Source of the DNA: Dehalococcoidia bacterium
Lineage (GTDB): Bacteria; Chloroflexota; Dehalococcoidia; Lucifugimonadales; UBA2985
Assembly (NCBI GenBank): GCA_965204895.1
Contig: OZ242025.1
Coordinates: 1,793,621 to 1,857,620 of the forward strand
Length of the DNA stretch: 64,000 nucleotides
Reading direction: 5' to 3'
Position 1 is the first letter of the stretch. Every line of letters starts with the position of its first letter. The notes beneath the pieces are model-generated. The model ran no database searches, was not told the DNA's origin, and saw only the letters and a program-made list of their open reading frames with translations. Positions 1 to 9,406 of this stretch are shown piece after piece. Position numbers and translations under genes: made by a program.

Positions 1-125
1 TCAAAGACCTTTGCGTAACTGCCAGCAACGACTCAAATCGGGCAAAAGGGGAGTGGTCGTCAATCGTAAACCCAGCCCACTGGATTCTGGCTTTCGCCGG
101 AATGACGGTCTTGCAAAGGTCTCCC
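1..125. repeat. Clamp-hairpin (REP/MITE-like) element, window-edge copy
   Basis: ctggattctggctttcgccggaatgac (81..106, reverse orientation of the family core), flanked by the 10-bp inverted repeat agacctttgc (5..14) / gcaaaggtct (112..121). Confidence 0.7.
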
Positions 126-140
126 GGGGAGTGTAGGCCC

Positions 141-962
141 CTACCTTCCGATGTCCTCTGAGATGGCGCGTATCCTCTCGGCCAGCGCCGGAAGAATCTG
201 GCCCGACGGCCCTCGGAGCACCAGCTCGCACATGCGGGTCAGGGGAGTGTCGTCCGTGTTGATCTCAATGAGGGTTGCGCCGCGCATCGCCGCCTCCTGC
301 GGGAAGGCAGCGGCCGGGTAGACCACGGCGGACGTCCCGATGATGATCATGCTGTCGCACGCCACGGACTCGCGGTAGCAGATGTTCAGCACGTCTCGCG
401 GAATGGGCTCGCCGAAGGCCACGCCGTCGCCCTTGACCAGGTCGCCGCACTCCGGGTCCGGGCACCTGGGAGGCAGGTTATCGACGTTGATGTCCCACTC
501 TGACCGCATCCACCGCGCGTTGCACCCAATGCAGCGCAGCTTGTTCCGATTGCCGTGGATTTCAGCCACATTCTTATTTCCCGCGTCCAGGTGAAGGCCG
601 TCCACGTTCTGGGTGATGATGTACTTGAGGATGTCCATATCCTCCAGCTCCACCAGGGAGTAGTGCCCGGGGTTGGGCCTGGCGTTCTCTATGGCGTCAC
701 GGAACTCTGCCCTCGGCCCATCCATGTCCTCCGGGTTGAGGATGTTCCGCCAGTGGGCCACCGGGTCCTCCAGGAACCTCTGGTACCCCCGGTTGTCCGG
801 CTCACCAACCTTGGTCCACAGTCCGCCTGAGCCTCGGAACGGCGGTATGCCACTCTCCACGGACATGCCTGCTCCCACCATAGCTACAAGATAGTTCCTC
901 TCCAGGATTATCCTGGCGGCGTCTTCAATGCCCTTCTCCAGCTTCTCATCGGGCGAGGTCAT
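141..962 (-). CDS. cobB: NAD-dependent protein deacylase, Sir2/CobB family
   Basis: ORF 141..1022(-). Motifs: GAGMSVESGIPPFRG NAD-binding, QNVDGLH, two Cys pairs (CIGC and CPDPEC) forming the Sir2 zinc ribbon, IIIGTS. Start placed at MTSPDEK (ATG 962); the upstream start at 1022 is also open. Confidence 0.85.
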   Translation of the reverse strand: MTSPDEKLEKGIEDAARIILERNYLVAMVGAGMSVESGIPPFRGSGGLWTKVGEPDNRGYQRFLEDPVAHWRNILNPEDMDGPRAEFRDAIENARPNPGHYSLVELEDMDILKYIITQNVDGLHLDAGNKNVAEIHGNRNKLRCIGCNARWMRSEWDINVDNLPPRCPDPECGDLVKGDGVAFGEPIPRDVLNICYRESVACDSMIIIGTSAVVYPAAAFPQEAAMRGATLIEINTDDTPLTRMCELVLRGPSGQILPALAERIRAISEDIGR

Positions 963-1054
963 GGCTGCCTCCCGTATACTGTTTGGATTGGGGATTGCCC
1001 TGGGGCGCGAACATCTTACCACAAGGCGGGCGCGCCCTGCCCAGGTTCCAGGGT

Positions 1055-2212
1055 TCAGATCGACTCGACTGCGCCGCTCTCCACGCGGAACCTGGCTGCG
1101 CTGTCCAGGAAGCTCTCCCCCACGCGCTCCAGGTCCGTGGTTGAGATGAAGGCCTGCTGGCTCCTGGACACGTACTCCAGCAGCCGACGGCGACGGGACT
1201 GGTCAAGCTCCGAAAGCACGTCGTCCAGGAGAAGGATGGGAGACTCGCGGCGCTCCCTCTCCAGCAGCATCCCCTCGGCCAGCCGCAGGGCAAGGGCAAC
1301 GGTGCGCGCCTGGCCCCGTGACGAGTACGTGGCTGCCTCCATACCGCGTATGAGCAGCCTTACGTCGTCTCTGTGCGGCCCCCACTGGGAAGACCCCAGC
1401 GCCACCTCTCTGTCGCGGCCGGCCTCCAGCGTCCGCTCGAAGCTGAGGCGGACATCCTCCTGGCCGGTGGCCTCCAGGGGTATGCTGGAGGCGTAGTCGG
1501 CTGTGAGCTCATCCTCGTTTCCCGTAAGCTCGCTGTGCACCTCCTCCATCAGAAGGCGGAGGTCGCTTATCACTCCGTGGCGTCTCAGGGTTATGGTCGT
1601 CCCCTCCTCCACTATGGCCTCGTTCCAGAAGTCAAGCTCGTTTGGCCCCGCCCTTCCCTCGCGCAGCATCCGTAGCAGGTGGTTCCTCTGGTACACCACC
1701 TTCTGGTATCGCTGGAGGGCGCGGAGGTAGCCGCGGTCCATCTGCGATATGAGGATGTCCAGGAAGCGGCGGCGGCCGGCGGGAGGCCCGGTCACCAGGT
1801 CGATGTCCCCGGCGTCGAAGAGGACGGCGTTGACCACGCCCACCAGGTCGGAGGCCGGACGCGGTATGCCGTTCACCCTGATGTCCTTGCGCAGGTGGGG
1901 CAGGCCGCCCGCGCTCTCCGTGGCCTCCAGGCGCAGGTCCACCAGTATGCGCACCCTGTCCTGGCCGCGCTGCACCGTGCTCAGTACCTGGGCGTGGTCG
2001 GGGTCTTCTGTGGGGGTCTTGCAGATGGCCTCCCTGTCGCTGGAGGCGCGGTAGGCCTTGGCCAGGCACAGCAGGTACACCGCTTCCAGCAGGTTGGATT
2101 TTCCCTGGGCGTTGTCCCCGAAGAACACCAGGGGGCCTTGGGGCAGGTCCAGCTCCAGGCGGTGGTAGTTTCGGAAGTTGATGAGGCTCAGGTGTGAGGC
2201 GTACAAGCGCAC
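1055..2212 (-). CDS. recF: DNA replication and repair protein RecF
   Basis: 385-aa ORF with Walker A GDNAQGKSNLLEA near the N-terminus and ILLLDDVLSELD Walker B/signature near the C-terminus. Length and layout are typical of RecF. Confidence 0.9.
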   Translation of the reverse strand: MRLYASHLSLINFRNYHRLELDLPQGPLVFFGDNAQGKSNLLEAVYLLCLAKAYRASSDREAICKTPTEDPDHAQVLSTVQRGQDRVRILVDLRLEATESAGGLPHLRKDIRVNGIPRPASDLVGVVNAVLFDAGDIDLVTGPPAGRRRFLDILISQMDRGYLRALQRYQKVVYQRNHLLRMLREGRAGPNELDFWNEAIVEEGTTITLRRHGVISDLRLLMEEVHSELTGNEDELTADYASSIPLEATGQEDVRLSFERTLEAGRDREVALGSSQWGPHRDDVRLLIRGMEAATYSSRGQARTVALALRLAEGMLLERERRESPILLLDDVLSELDQSRRRRLLEYVSRSQQAFISTTDLERVGESFLDSAARFRVESGAVESI

Positions 2213-2337
2213 TCCCTCTCCGAAGGCCGTTTTGTGCTGTCATCATTATATCAGCAGGGTTGGCCTGGGAACTGTCCGTATGTAGACATACGTCGCCTCT
2301 GCACCCAAGGCTATCGCATGAAGGCTGTTTAACTATC

Positions 2338-2465
2338 GTCATACCGGCGGAAGCCGGTATCCAGTCACCGATGCCGTCGATATACTTTCCTGTTCTTTAC
2401 TTTGGAACCTGCTGGACTCCGGCCCCGTATCGGAGTACGGGACATGCTTTCGCCGGAGTGACGGA
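2338..2465. repeat. Clamp-hairpin repeat cluster (two modules)
   Basis: gtcataccggcggaagccggtatccag (2338..2364), plus a nested composite in reverse orientation, ctggactccggccccgtatcggagtacgggacatgctttcgccggagtgac (2412..2463). Confidence 0.8.
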
Positions 2466-2575
2466 GGTGTAACCTTTGATGCAATTGCCCTGCCTCTGCA
2501 CTCAGTGAAGGTTGACAAATCCGCCCCGAGAAAGCAAGATTGTAAGCGAACGATTACTTGCATCTTCGGCTAAAC

Positions 2576-3178
2576 ATGAGTGTAGCAAGACAGAACACGC
2601 TGGTGCGCCAGCACCAGATAATGGAGGCGGCCAGGAACCTGATAGCCATCAAGGGTATGGACGGCGTTACCATTGACGCCATTGCCGAAGAGGTGGGGCT
2701 GACGGAGGGCGCCATATACCGCCACTTCACCAGCAAGCACCAGATACTCTCCCTCCTGGTGGACGACATCGAAAGCAACCTGCTGGACACCGTCGGGAGC
2801 GCCCAGCTTCAGGGGGCGTCCGCCGTGGACAGCCTCTGGCACATCCTGGAGGCGCACCTGAGCGACGTGGAGGGCCACCGGGCCGTGTCCTTCATCGTCA
2901 TAGCGGAGGCGATGGGGTTCGACGGGACGACGCTGGCTCCCAGGGTGTCGCTGATGTTCACCCGCTACCTGGAGGTCATCCAGGCAGTCCTGGACAGGGG
3001 CATTGCAGAAGGCAGCATCAGGCCCGACATCAGCACCAACGCTGCGGCAACCACGTTCTTTGGTCTTATACAGAGCGCCGCCACCCTCTGGGCCCTGAAC
3101 GGATACCGGAGCCGGTTGGCCGAATTTCGCTCTCAAATGTGGGATATCTACAAGAAGGGAATAGTCTCTTCCGGTTGA
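2576..3178 (+). CDS. TetR/AcrR family transcriptional regulator
   Basis: N-terminal HTH GMDGVTIDAIAEEVGLTEGAIYRHFTSKHQIL is typical of TetR. ATG at 2576 preferred; the TTG at 2558 is also open. Confidence 0.8.
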   Translation: MSVARQNTLVRQHQIMEAARNLIAIKGMDGVTIDAIAEEVGLTEGAIYRHFTSKHQILSLLVDDIESNLLDTVGSAQLQGASAVDSLWHILEAHLSDVEGHRAVSFIVIAEAMGFDGTTLAPRVSLMFTRYLEVIQAVLDRGIAEGSIRPDISTNAAATTFFGLIQSAATLWALNGYRSRLAEFRSQMWDIYKKGIVSSG

Positions 3179-3351
3179 TCTCCCTCTCAAACGCATTCCT
3201 CCGGGGCGCTTCTGAGTGGAAGATTTCTGCACCGGACGGATATAGATTCCGGCATCCTATTTTAGCGACGGGATACCAGGGAGTCCGGTTGTGGCGCCGC
3301 CTTTAGCGGGGACGCTATGACCATCTCGGAGACTGAACAAGGAGACAGACC

Positions 3352-4629
3352 ATGAGCACGGAAGGCGCGTCGTCGGATAACGGATATCAGGCCTCACCCA
3401 ACGGGGACCGCATATCGGTACGGTCTCTGTGGAAGGTGTTCGGCAAGAACCCCAGGGCAATCATGACCCCGGAATACGCCAACAAGAGCAAGGCGGAGAT
3501 ACAGGAGGAGACGGGCTGCGTGGTTGCCCTGCAGGACGTCAACTTTGACGTTTCCCTTGGCGAGACCTTTGTGGTCATGGGCCTCTCCGGCAGCGGCAAG
3601 TCCACCCTGATTCGCTGCCTGATACGGCTGATTGAGCCAACCACCGGCGAGATAAAGGTCGACGGCGAGGACGTCCTGATGTACAGCGGCCGCGAGCTGA
3701 CCCAGTTCCGCCGGCAGAAGGTGGCAATGGTGTTCCAGCACTTCGGGCTGCTGCCCCATCGGAAGATAATCGACAACGCGGCCTGGGGCCTTGAGGTGCA
3801 GGGCGTGGACAAGAACACCCGCTACGAGCGCGCCCGGGAGGTGCTGGAGGTGGTGGGCCTCAAGGGCTGGGAGGAGTCCTTTGCGGGGGAGCTGAGCGGC
3901 GGAATGCAGCAGAGAGTGGGGCTGGCCCGTGCCCTGGCGGTCGACCCTGAGATACTCCTTATGGACGAGCCATTCAGCGCTCTGGACCCGTTGATTCGCC
4001 GTGAGATGCAGGACGAGCTTCTGGACCTGCAGAAGCGCCTCCAGAAGACCATTGTGTTCATCACCCACGACCTGAACGAGGCCCTCAAGCTGGGAGACCG
4101 CATCGCCATTATGCGGGACGGCATGATCATCCAGCTGGCAAGCCCGGAGGAGATTGTGGAGAACCCGGCTGACGACTACGTGGAGGACTTCATTCGCGAT
4201 ATATCCAAGACCCAGGTGCTGGGCGCAGGCAGCATTATGCAGCAGCCCAAGACCTCCTTCCAGGGGTCGGCGAGTCCTGCCACGGCCCTGCAGGCGATGC
4301 AGGCCGGGGACGAGGCTTACGCATTCGTGCTGGGTGAAGCCAGGTCGCTTCTGGGCGTTGTTTCTCTGAGCCAGGTGGCCCAGGCGGCCAACAGCGACTC
4401 CGCGCTTCTGCAGGACCTGGACATGCCGGCATCTGCCATGTGTCCCAGGGTTGCGCCGGACACCTCCATCGACGAGCTTATTCCGCTGGCAGCCCAGACG
4501 GAGTGCCCTATAGCGGTGGTGAACGACGACGGGCGGCTCATGGGCGTGATTCCCAGGACCGCGCTGCTGGCCAGCCTGGCCGAGAACCAGTCGTCACAGG
4601 GCAAGGAGGAGGCCTATACCAGGGTGTAG
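3352..4629 (+). CDS. proV: Glycine betaine/proline ABC transporter ATP-binding protein with C-terminal CBS-like region
   Basis: Walker [10 protein letters not shown], signature [15 protein letters not shown], Walker [15 protein letters not shown]-terminal extension of about 150 aa resembles OpuAA/ProV tandem CBS. GGAG-type RBS (aaggagacagacc) precedes the ATG. Confidence 0.9.
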   Translation: MSTEGASSDNGYQASPNGDRISVRSLWKVFGKNPRAIMTPEYANKSKAEIQEETGCVVALQDVNFDVSLGETFVVMGLSGSGKSTLIRCLIRLIEPTTGEIKVDGEDVLMYSGRELTQFRRQKVAMVFQHFGLLPHRKIIDNAAWGLEVQGVDKNTRYERAREVLEVVGLKGWEESFAGELSGGMQQRVGLARALAVDPEILLMDEPFSALDPLIRREMQDELLDLQKRLQKTIVFITHDLNEALKLGDRIAIMRDGMIIQLASPEEIVENPADDYVEDFIRDISKTQVLGAGSIMQQPKTSFQGSASPATALQAMQAGDEAYAFVLGEARSLLGVVSLSQVAQAANSDSALLQDLDMPASAMCPRVAPDTSIDELIPLAAQTECPIAVVNDDGRLMGVIPRTALLASLAENQSSQGKEEAYTRV

Positions 4630-4686
4630 AGCGCCCGATGACGGCTAAAGCTGCGCTCAGCCCCCAAGGACTTTGAGGAGGTAGAA

Positions 4687-5952
4687 ATGGACATTACAGA
4701 GTCGATCAAATCGATACCCGTAAGCAACGGCGCTCTTGACGTCATACGCCGGCGGGCGCTCCCGGCCCTGGGGGCCGTGATCCTGGCCTACGCCCTTTGG
4801 GACGTGTACACCTACAGCATTCCACAGAGCCCCGAGGAGTCCAGACCAGCCATTCAATACCTCTTCCCAAGGTTCTACATGTGGCTGTTCGGCGCGTTCG
4901 CGGTGGCCCTTGCGTGGGGCACTCTGAAGGCCATTAAAGCGCCCATTTGGCGTCTGGCCGCGGCGGCCGGATTTCTGCTAATGGTGGTTATTGCGGTGGT
5001 AGGCACGCCTGACTCTTTCCCCTTCTACGCTCCCGGCCAGGACCAGCACGTAGTTGAGGGACAGCGGGTCAGGGAGATAGACGACATTTCCTTTGGCCTG
5101 CTGGGATGGGAAGTCACACCCGCCTCACTGGACAACAAGGTGGACGAAGTGGTGAAGTGGATGGTCGATAACTGGAAGTCCTTCTTCCGGGAGCTCTCCA
5201 ACAGCCTGCTCAAGATTATGGTGCCCATGAACAACGCTCTCCAGGAGATGCCAATGTGGCTCTTCATAGTGGTTTCCGCCCTGGCGGCCTGGCGAGTGAG
5301 TGGTTACAGAGTGGCTACGGTTACCGTTGTCGGGCTGCTCTTTGTGGGTATCTTTGACCTCTGGCCGGAGGCCATGCTTACCATCACCGTCATAGTCACG
5401 GCTACCGTTCTGTCCATAGTCACGGCCATTCCGGTCGGGATAGCCATGGCCAAGAGCGACGCTCTGGAGGGAATGATCCGGCCTGTGCTGGACTTGATGC
5501 AGACCATGCCCAGCTTTGTGTATCTCATACCGGCAATTTTCTTCCTGGGCATTGGCATAGTGCCTGCGGTTATGGCAACCATGATCTACGCCGTGCCCCC
5601 GGCCATACGCCTGACCAACCTGGGAATCCGCCTGGTGTCCCCGGAGCTTATCGAGGCCGCGCGGGCCTTCGGCACCACTCCCATGCAGCTGCTGCTGAAG
5701 ATACAGCTGCCCCTGGCCAGGCCCACCATTATGGCCGGCGTGAACCAGACAATCATGATGGCGCTGGCGATGGTGGTTGTGGCGGCCCTGGTGGGCGCGG
5801 GTGGCCTGGGCGCGGAGGTGTATGCGGGCATCCAGCAGCTTGAGTTTGGCCGCGGCCTCATGGGTGGCCTTGCCATTGTGGTGCTGGCCGTGATACTGGA
5901 CCGGGTGACCCAGGGCATGGCCAAGGACCCGCGGATGCAGAGAGACTCCTAA
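4687..5952 (+). CDS. proW: Glycine betaine/proline ABC transporter permease (long N-terminal membrane extension)
   Basis: Multi-TM ORF whose C-terminal half has the ProW/OpuAB-like permease core (TMPSFVYLIPAIFFLGIG, AARAFGTTPMQLLLKIQLPLARPTIMAGVNQ). It immediately follows proV. Confidence 0.85.
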   Translation: MDITESIKSIPVSNGALDVIRRRALPALGAVILAYALWDVYTYSIPQSPEESRPAIQYLFPRFYMWLFGAFAVALAWGTLKAIKAPIWRLAAAAGFLLMVVIAVVGTPDSFPFYAPGQDQHVVEGQRVREIDDISFGLLGWEVTPASLDNKVDEVVKWMVDNWKSFFRELSNSLLKIMVPMNNALQEMPMWLFIVVSALAAWRVSGYRVATVTVVGLLFVGIFDLWPEAMLTITVIVTATVLSIVTAIPVGIAMAKSDALEGMIRPVLDLMQTMPSFVYLIPAIFFLGIGIVPAVMATMIYAVPPAIRLTNLGIRLVSPELIEAARAFGTTPMQLLLKIQLPLARPTIMAGVNQTIMMALAMVVVAALVGAGGLGAEVYAGIQQLEFGRGLMGGLAIVVLAVILDRVTQGMAKDPRMQRDS

Positions 5953-5973
5953 GTCCTGATCCGGCGTCAAACG

Positions 5974-6013
5974 GCCCGGCCCAGCAGACGCGCCTGCTGG
6001 GCCGGGCTTGTCC
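5974..6013 (+). terminator. Stem-loop terminator candidate after proW
   Basis: gcccggcccagcag-acgcgc-ctgctgggccgggc (14-bp stem) followed by ttgtcc, a weak U-tract. Confidence 0.5.
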
Positions 6014-6173
6014 CTGATCGCGCAGCCGGAAGCGCATCGACGCTAGACAACTGGCGCGAGGATGGTGCTCCTGCCAGGCTTTGGCGTCTCCACTCCACCT
6101 GCGCCGACCTGGACGATGCGGGCTGACGAAATCTGATCTTCCTCCTGAAGGCGCTTTTACCGTAGGCCTCGGG

Positions 6174-6202
6174 TTGAAAGTGTGAGAGACGTGCTGTAGC
6201 AT
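6174..6202 (+). promoter_or_regulatory. Sigma70-like promoter of lipoprotein paralog 1
   Basis: TTGAAA, 17-nt spacer, TAGCAT. The same architecture occurs upstream of paralog 2. Confidence 0.5.
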
Positions 6203-6264
6203 ACTGCCCGTATGGTTAGATGGCGCCGTCTCTGACGGCGCGCGAGCACAGAGAGGCTGAAAGG

Positions 6265-9084
6265 TTGTCTACAGTCCGAATTTCGAACAGATTGCAAAAG
6301 GTGATGTTTCGGGTCACAGGCGCTGCCGTCCTGTGCCTGATGGCTTCCGGGTTGCTGTCGGCATGCGGTGGAGAGCCGCAGCCTACGCCTACAGATGCCG
6401 TTGTCGTCACACCAACAGCCGTGCCGACGCCAACACATACCCGAGTCCCGGTGGCAACTCTCACTCCAAGTCCCACTACTTCCCCGACTCCAACCGCGAC
6501 ATTCACGCCTGCACCGAGCCCCACAGCCGCGCCCACTCCAAGCGCCACTCCTACACCGGCGCCAAGTCCCACTGTGGCGCCCACTCCAAGCGCTACCCCC
6601 ACCCCCACGCCAGTGCCCACGTTGAGTCCAGAGGAGAGGGCCCAGGAACACCTTGGCGCAATCCTGACGTGGTTTGATAACTCGCCGGACCAAGCGCACG
6701 CAACGGCATCGAGTGTGCTAACAGACCTCTGGCTGCGGGACGCCTATTCAGGAGACACAGTTGCCAAAATGCCGTGGATCTTGGACGGTATTGACTTCGA
6801 GGAAATCACTTGGCTACAGGTGTTGGACAGCTTTTCAGCAATAGACGTAGGATTGGGCACAGGCCTGGTTGACTCTTTGTGGGTTGCCGATGGTCTTAGC
6901 GAAGATGAGTTTGCATTAGTGGTTGAGAAACTGTTCTTTACTGCATCGGAGGACACTGATCTGGCAGTACAGCTGCTCGCCGCTCCCTGGGCTGCTGACG
7001 GTCTGAACGATGCAGAAAGGACAGCTTTTGAGGTCCTGCTGGAAGCGGGCAGTGATCATCGGGAGCTAACCGTGCTTCTGGCCGCTTCCTCCTGGGTCGC
7101 CGACGGCGCCGGCCTTGATGAACCTGACATGGGTGAGATATTTGTCCACTTCCTTGAAGTCGCGGGGAAGGATACTGAGACAGCCGGCCTGGCCGCGACC
7201 GCGCCCTGGGTAGTTGACGGCGTGACCAGAGGCGAGGCTCGTATAATTGGATTCCTTGCTGAATATCTGGATGACTTGCCGGAGGAGTCCAAGTCCCTGT
7301 TGGATCTTCCCCAGGAGGTGAGTGGTCTTTCTGTCGATGACCGGTTGCTCTATGACCTGGTTCCCGTCGCGTTCTGGAATCGCCCTGTGGCGTTAACCGT
7401 GGCGCGCTTTGCGGCTGGCACAACCGGAGATATTAGTGATTATCTCTTCGAATCCCTGCTCTCTCTGGCCGAGGTTGACCTTGCTCTCCTGGAGCAACTT
7501 GCCGGCCAACCCTGGTTTGCCGACGGCCTGGACGCCAACGAGGCGGCCCTCCTGGTCACGCTCGACAATGTAGCCCTCAAAAACCTGGACCTTTACAAGC
7601 AACTACTCGATTCCCACTATGTCCAACATAGAGAAATTACCCTGCGGCTTGCCGGCGGCGTAAACGTCTGGGTTGTTCAGAGTGATTCCCTTTCGACTGA
7701 TGAAGGCCTGCTCAAGACCATTGAGGATACCGCTCGAATTTCTGAACAACTCCTGCAGACTCCTTTTCCCACCACGGACATCATACTTTTGGTTATACCT
7801 CCGAAGCGTGGCTTGATAGGAGAGCATCGCGGCAGTCACATGGTCCTCCTGCGGTCGGGGGGAAACGTAGCGGGCGTCTCTCACGAGACGGCCAACTACT
7901 ATTTCACCACCGGAGTCGGGCCGATCTGGCTCTCGGAAGGGGCTGCGGAGTTCATGAAAGCGTACGTTAACCATCGAAAGGACCTCCAGACCCTTGATGT
8001 ACGCAGAGCTGTGTTGTTGAGGGACTCAAACTGCTTTGATGAAATTGGTATAGAGAACATTCGGCACTTCAACTATTACCTGGGCCAGTCCGACCGGCCC
8101 GGATGGGAGGGGTGCGCTTACGCGTTGGGCGAGAACTTTCTGCTTGGCCTCTACGACACCATTGGCCGAGTGGCGTTTGTAGAGGCATTGACCGATCTTT
8201 ACCTGTCCGAACCGGGCAGCGAGCTTCCAGCCGGAGACCCAAGAGTGGAGGAATGGGTCTACAACATCCTTCTGGAGAACACCCCGGCTGACAAACAGGA
8301 GGAGTTCCGCGACCTGTACCGAATGCTGCACGGCGGGCAACACGCTTTCCCGGACACCGACTTCTCTGACGGGCACGGAGACCAGCCCGCGGCCGCTTCC
8401 ACCATAGCCGTGGGAAAGTCCGTTAAGGGTGACCTGGACTACATATTCGACTTCGACTACTTCAAATTCAAGGCGGAAGAGGGAGTGAAGTACCGGATTG
8501 ACGTCGGTCACACTAAGCTGGGGAAGGCCGGCGTCACGCTGTTTGGCCCTGACGGGCAGACGGAAGAGAAGTGGAACTGGAAGTCTCGCAGAGTGACGTC
8601 TCTGGGCCCTCGGATAATCTGGGTGGCGCCAAGCTCCGAGGACTACTACCTGGCAGTGCAGAACTTCGGCGGGCAGACCGGCGCTTACACGCTCACGGTT
8701 ACCAAGGTTGCAGACGTGGATGATGACCACGGAGACACCATTGCCACAGCCACCTACGCATCTCTTGGGGAGGTGGTAGAGGGTATTGTGGACGATGAGT
8801 TTGACTTTGACTACTTCCGATTCCGCGTGGTGGGAGGCAGCCAGTACCAGATAAGGGTTGAGGGCGATACCTTGAAATACTTCCGCGTCAGGCTGTACAC
8901 ACTGGACGGGGCCCCGCCCGAAGATTGGGCCGGGAACCAGTTTGCCGAGGACTCTGTGTCTGGCGAGACCACCAAATGGGTTGCGCCAGGCACGGGGGAG
9001 TATTACCTTGCCCTGGACGGTTTCAATGATAACCTGGGCTCCTACACCTTCCAAATATCCACGATAACCACTCCGGGCGGCTAG
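6265..9084 (+). CDS. Secreted lipoprotein with six W-x-x-DG repeats, a gluzincin-like domain carrying a degenerate HETAN motif, and two PPC-type C-terminal domains
   Basis: ORF 6220..9084. Lipobox LLSAC followed by a Pro/Thr linker. Six PW(I/V/A/F)xDG repeats. HETANYYF...WLSEGAAEF, i.e. the HExxH position reads HExxN. Two modules start with DGHGD or DDHGD and contain FDFDYF(K/R)F. Start taken at TTG 6265 by parallel with the paralog. Confidence 0.7.
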   Translation: MSTVRISNRLQKVMFRVTGAAVLCLMASGLLSACGGEPQPTPTDAVVVTPTAVPTPTHTRVPVATLTPSPTTSPTPTATFTPAPSPTAAPTPSATPTPAPSPTVAPTPSATPTPTPVPTLSPEERAQEHLGAILTWFDNSPDQAHATASSVLTDLWLRDAYSGDTVAKMPWILDGIDFEEITWLQVLDSFSAIDVGLGTGLVDSLWVADGLSEDEFALVVEKLFFTASEDTDLAVQLLAAPWAADGLNDAERTAFEVLLEAGSDHRELTVLLAASSWVADGAGLDEPDMGEIFVHFLEVAGKDTETAGLAATAPWVVDGVTRGEARIIGFLAEYLDDLPEESKSLLDLPQEVSGLSVDDRLLYDLVPVAFWNRPVALTVARFAAGTTGDISDYLFESLLSLAEVDLALLEQLAGQPWFADGLDANEAALLVTLDNVALKNLDLYKQLLDSHYVQHREITLRLAGGVNVWVVQSDSLSTDEGLLKTIEDTARISEQLLQTPFPTTDIILLVIPPKRGLIGEHRGSHMVLLRSGGNVAGVSHETANYYFTTGVGPIWLSEGAAEFMKAYVNHRKDLQTLDVRRAVLLRDSNCFDEIGIENIRHFNYYLGQSDRPGWEGCAYALGENFLLGLYDTIGRVAFVEALTDLYLSEPGSELPAGDPRVEEWVYNILLENTPADKQEEFRDLYRMLHGGQHAFPDTDFSDGHGDQPAAASTIAVGKSVKGDLDYIFDFDYFKFKAEEGVKYRIDVGHTKLGKAGVTLFGPDGQTEEKWNWKSRRVTSLGPRIIWVAPSSEDYYLAVQNFGGQTGAYTLTVTKVADVDDDHGDTIATATYASLGEVVEGIVDDEFDFDYFRFRVVGGSQYQIRVEGDTLKYFRVRLYTLDGAPPEDWAGNQFAEDSVSGETTKWVAPGTGEYYLALDGFNDNLGSYTFQISTITTPGG

Positions 9085-9314
9085 GCCACCCTGCCCTTTT
9101 GCGCCCGGGGCCGGTTGTCTGCGCTCTGCTTTTGGTTGAACTCCGGGCAGCCACCTGCTTGAAGGACAGGCCCGATGCTCATGCGCGCCGGGCCGGACGT
9201 TATGGCGCGGCCCCCTGCTGGTTGAGGAGGAGCAGGCGCATAGCCTGGAGATGTAAGGGCGCAAGGAAGCGGGGCTTTCCTGAGAGGGCCATAATCCGTT
9301 GCACGGGCGGCGGT

Positions 9315-9343
9315 TTGAAAGCGGGTAAGTAGTGCTGTAGTAT
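9315..9343 (+). promoter_or_regulatory. Sigma70-like promoter of lipoprotein paralog 2
   Basis: TTGAAA, 17-nt spacer, TAGTAT. The spacer ends in gtgctg, as in paralog 1. Confidence 0.5.
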
Positions 9344-9406
9344 ACGCCCCATCTGGCCAGGTGATGATGGCTCCCGTCAGTATTGCCGCGCATGGAGGCC
9401 ATATAG

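Noticed and set aside
6219-6233. Identical 15-mer gatggcgccgtctct shared with 29344..29358, both upstream of accessory genes
   Set aside because: My back-of-envelope estimate is that a few exact 15-mer coincidences are expected by chance among all position pairs in 64 kb on two strands, more so in GC-biased sequence. There is no flanking similarity.
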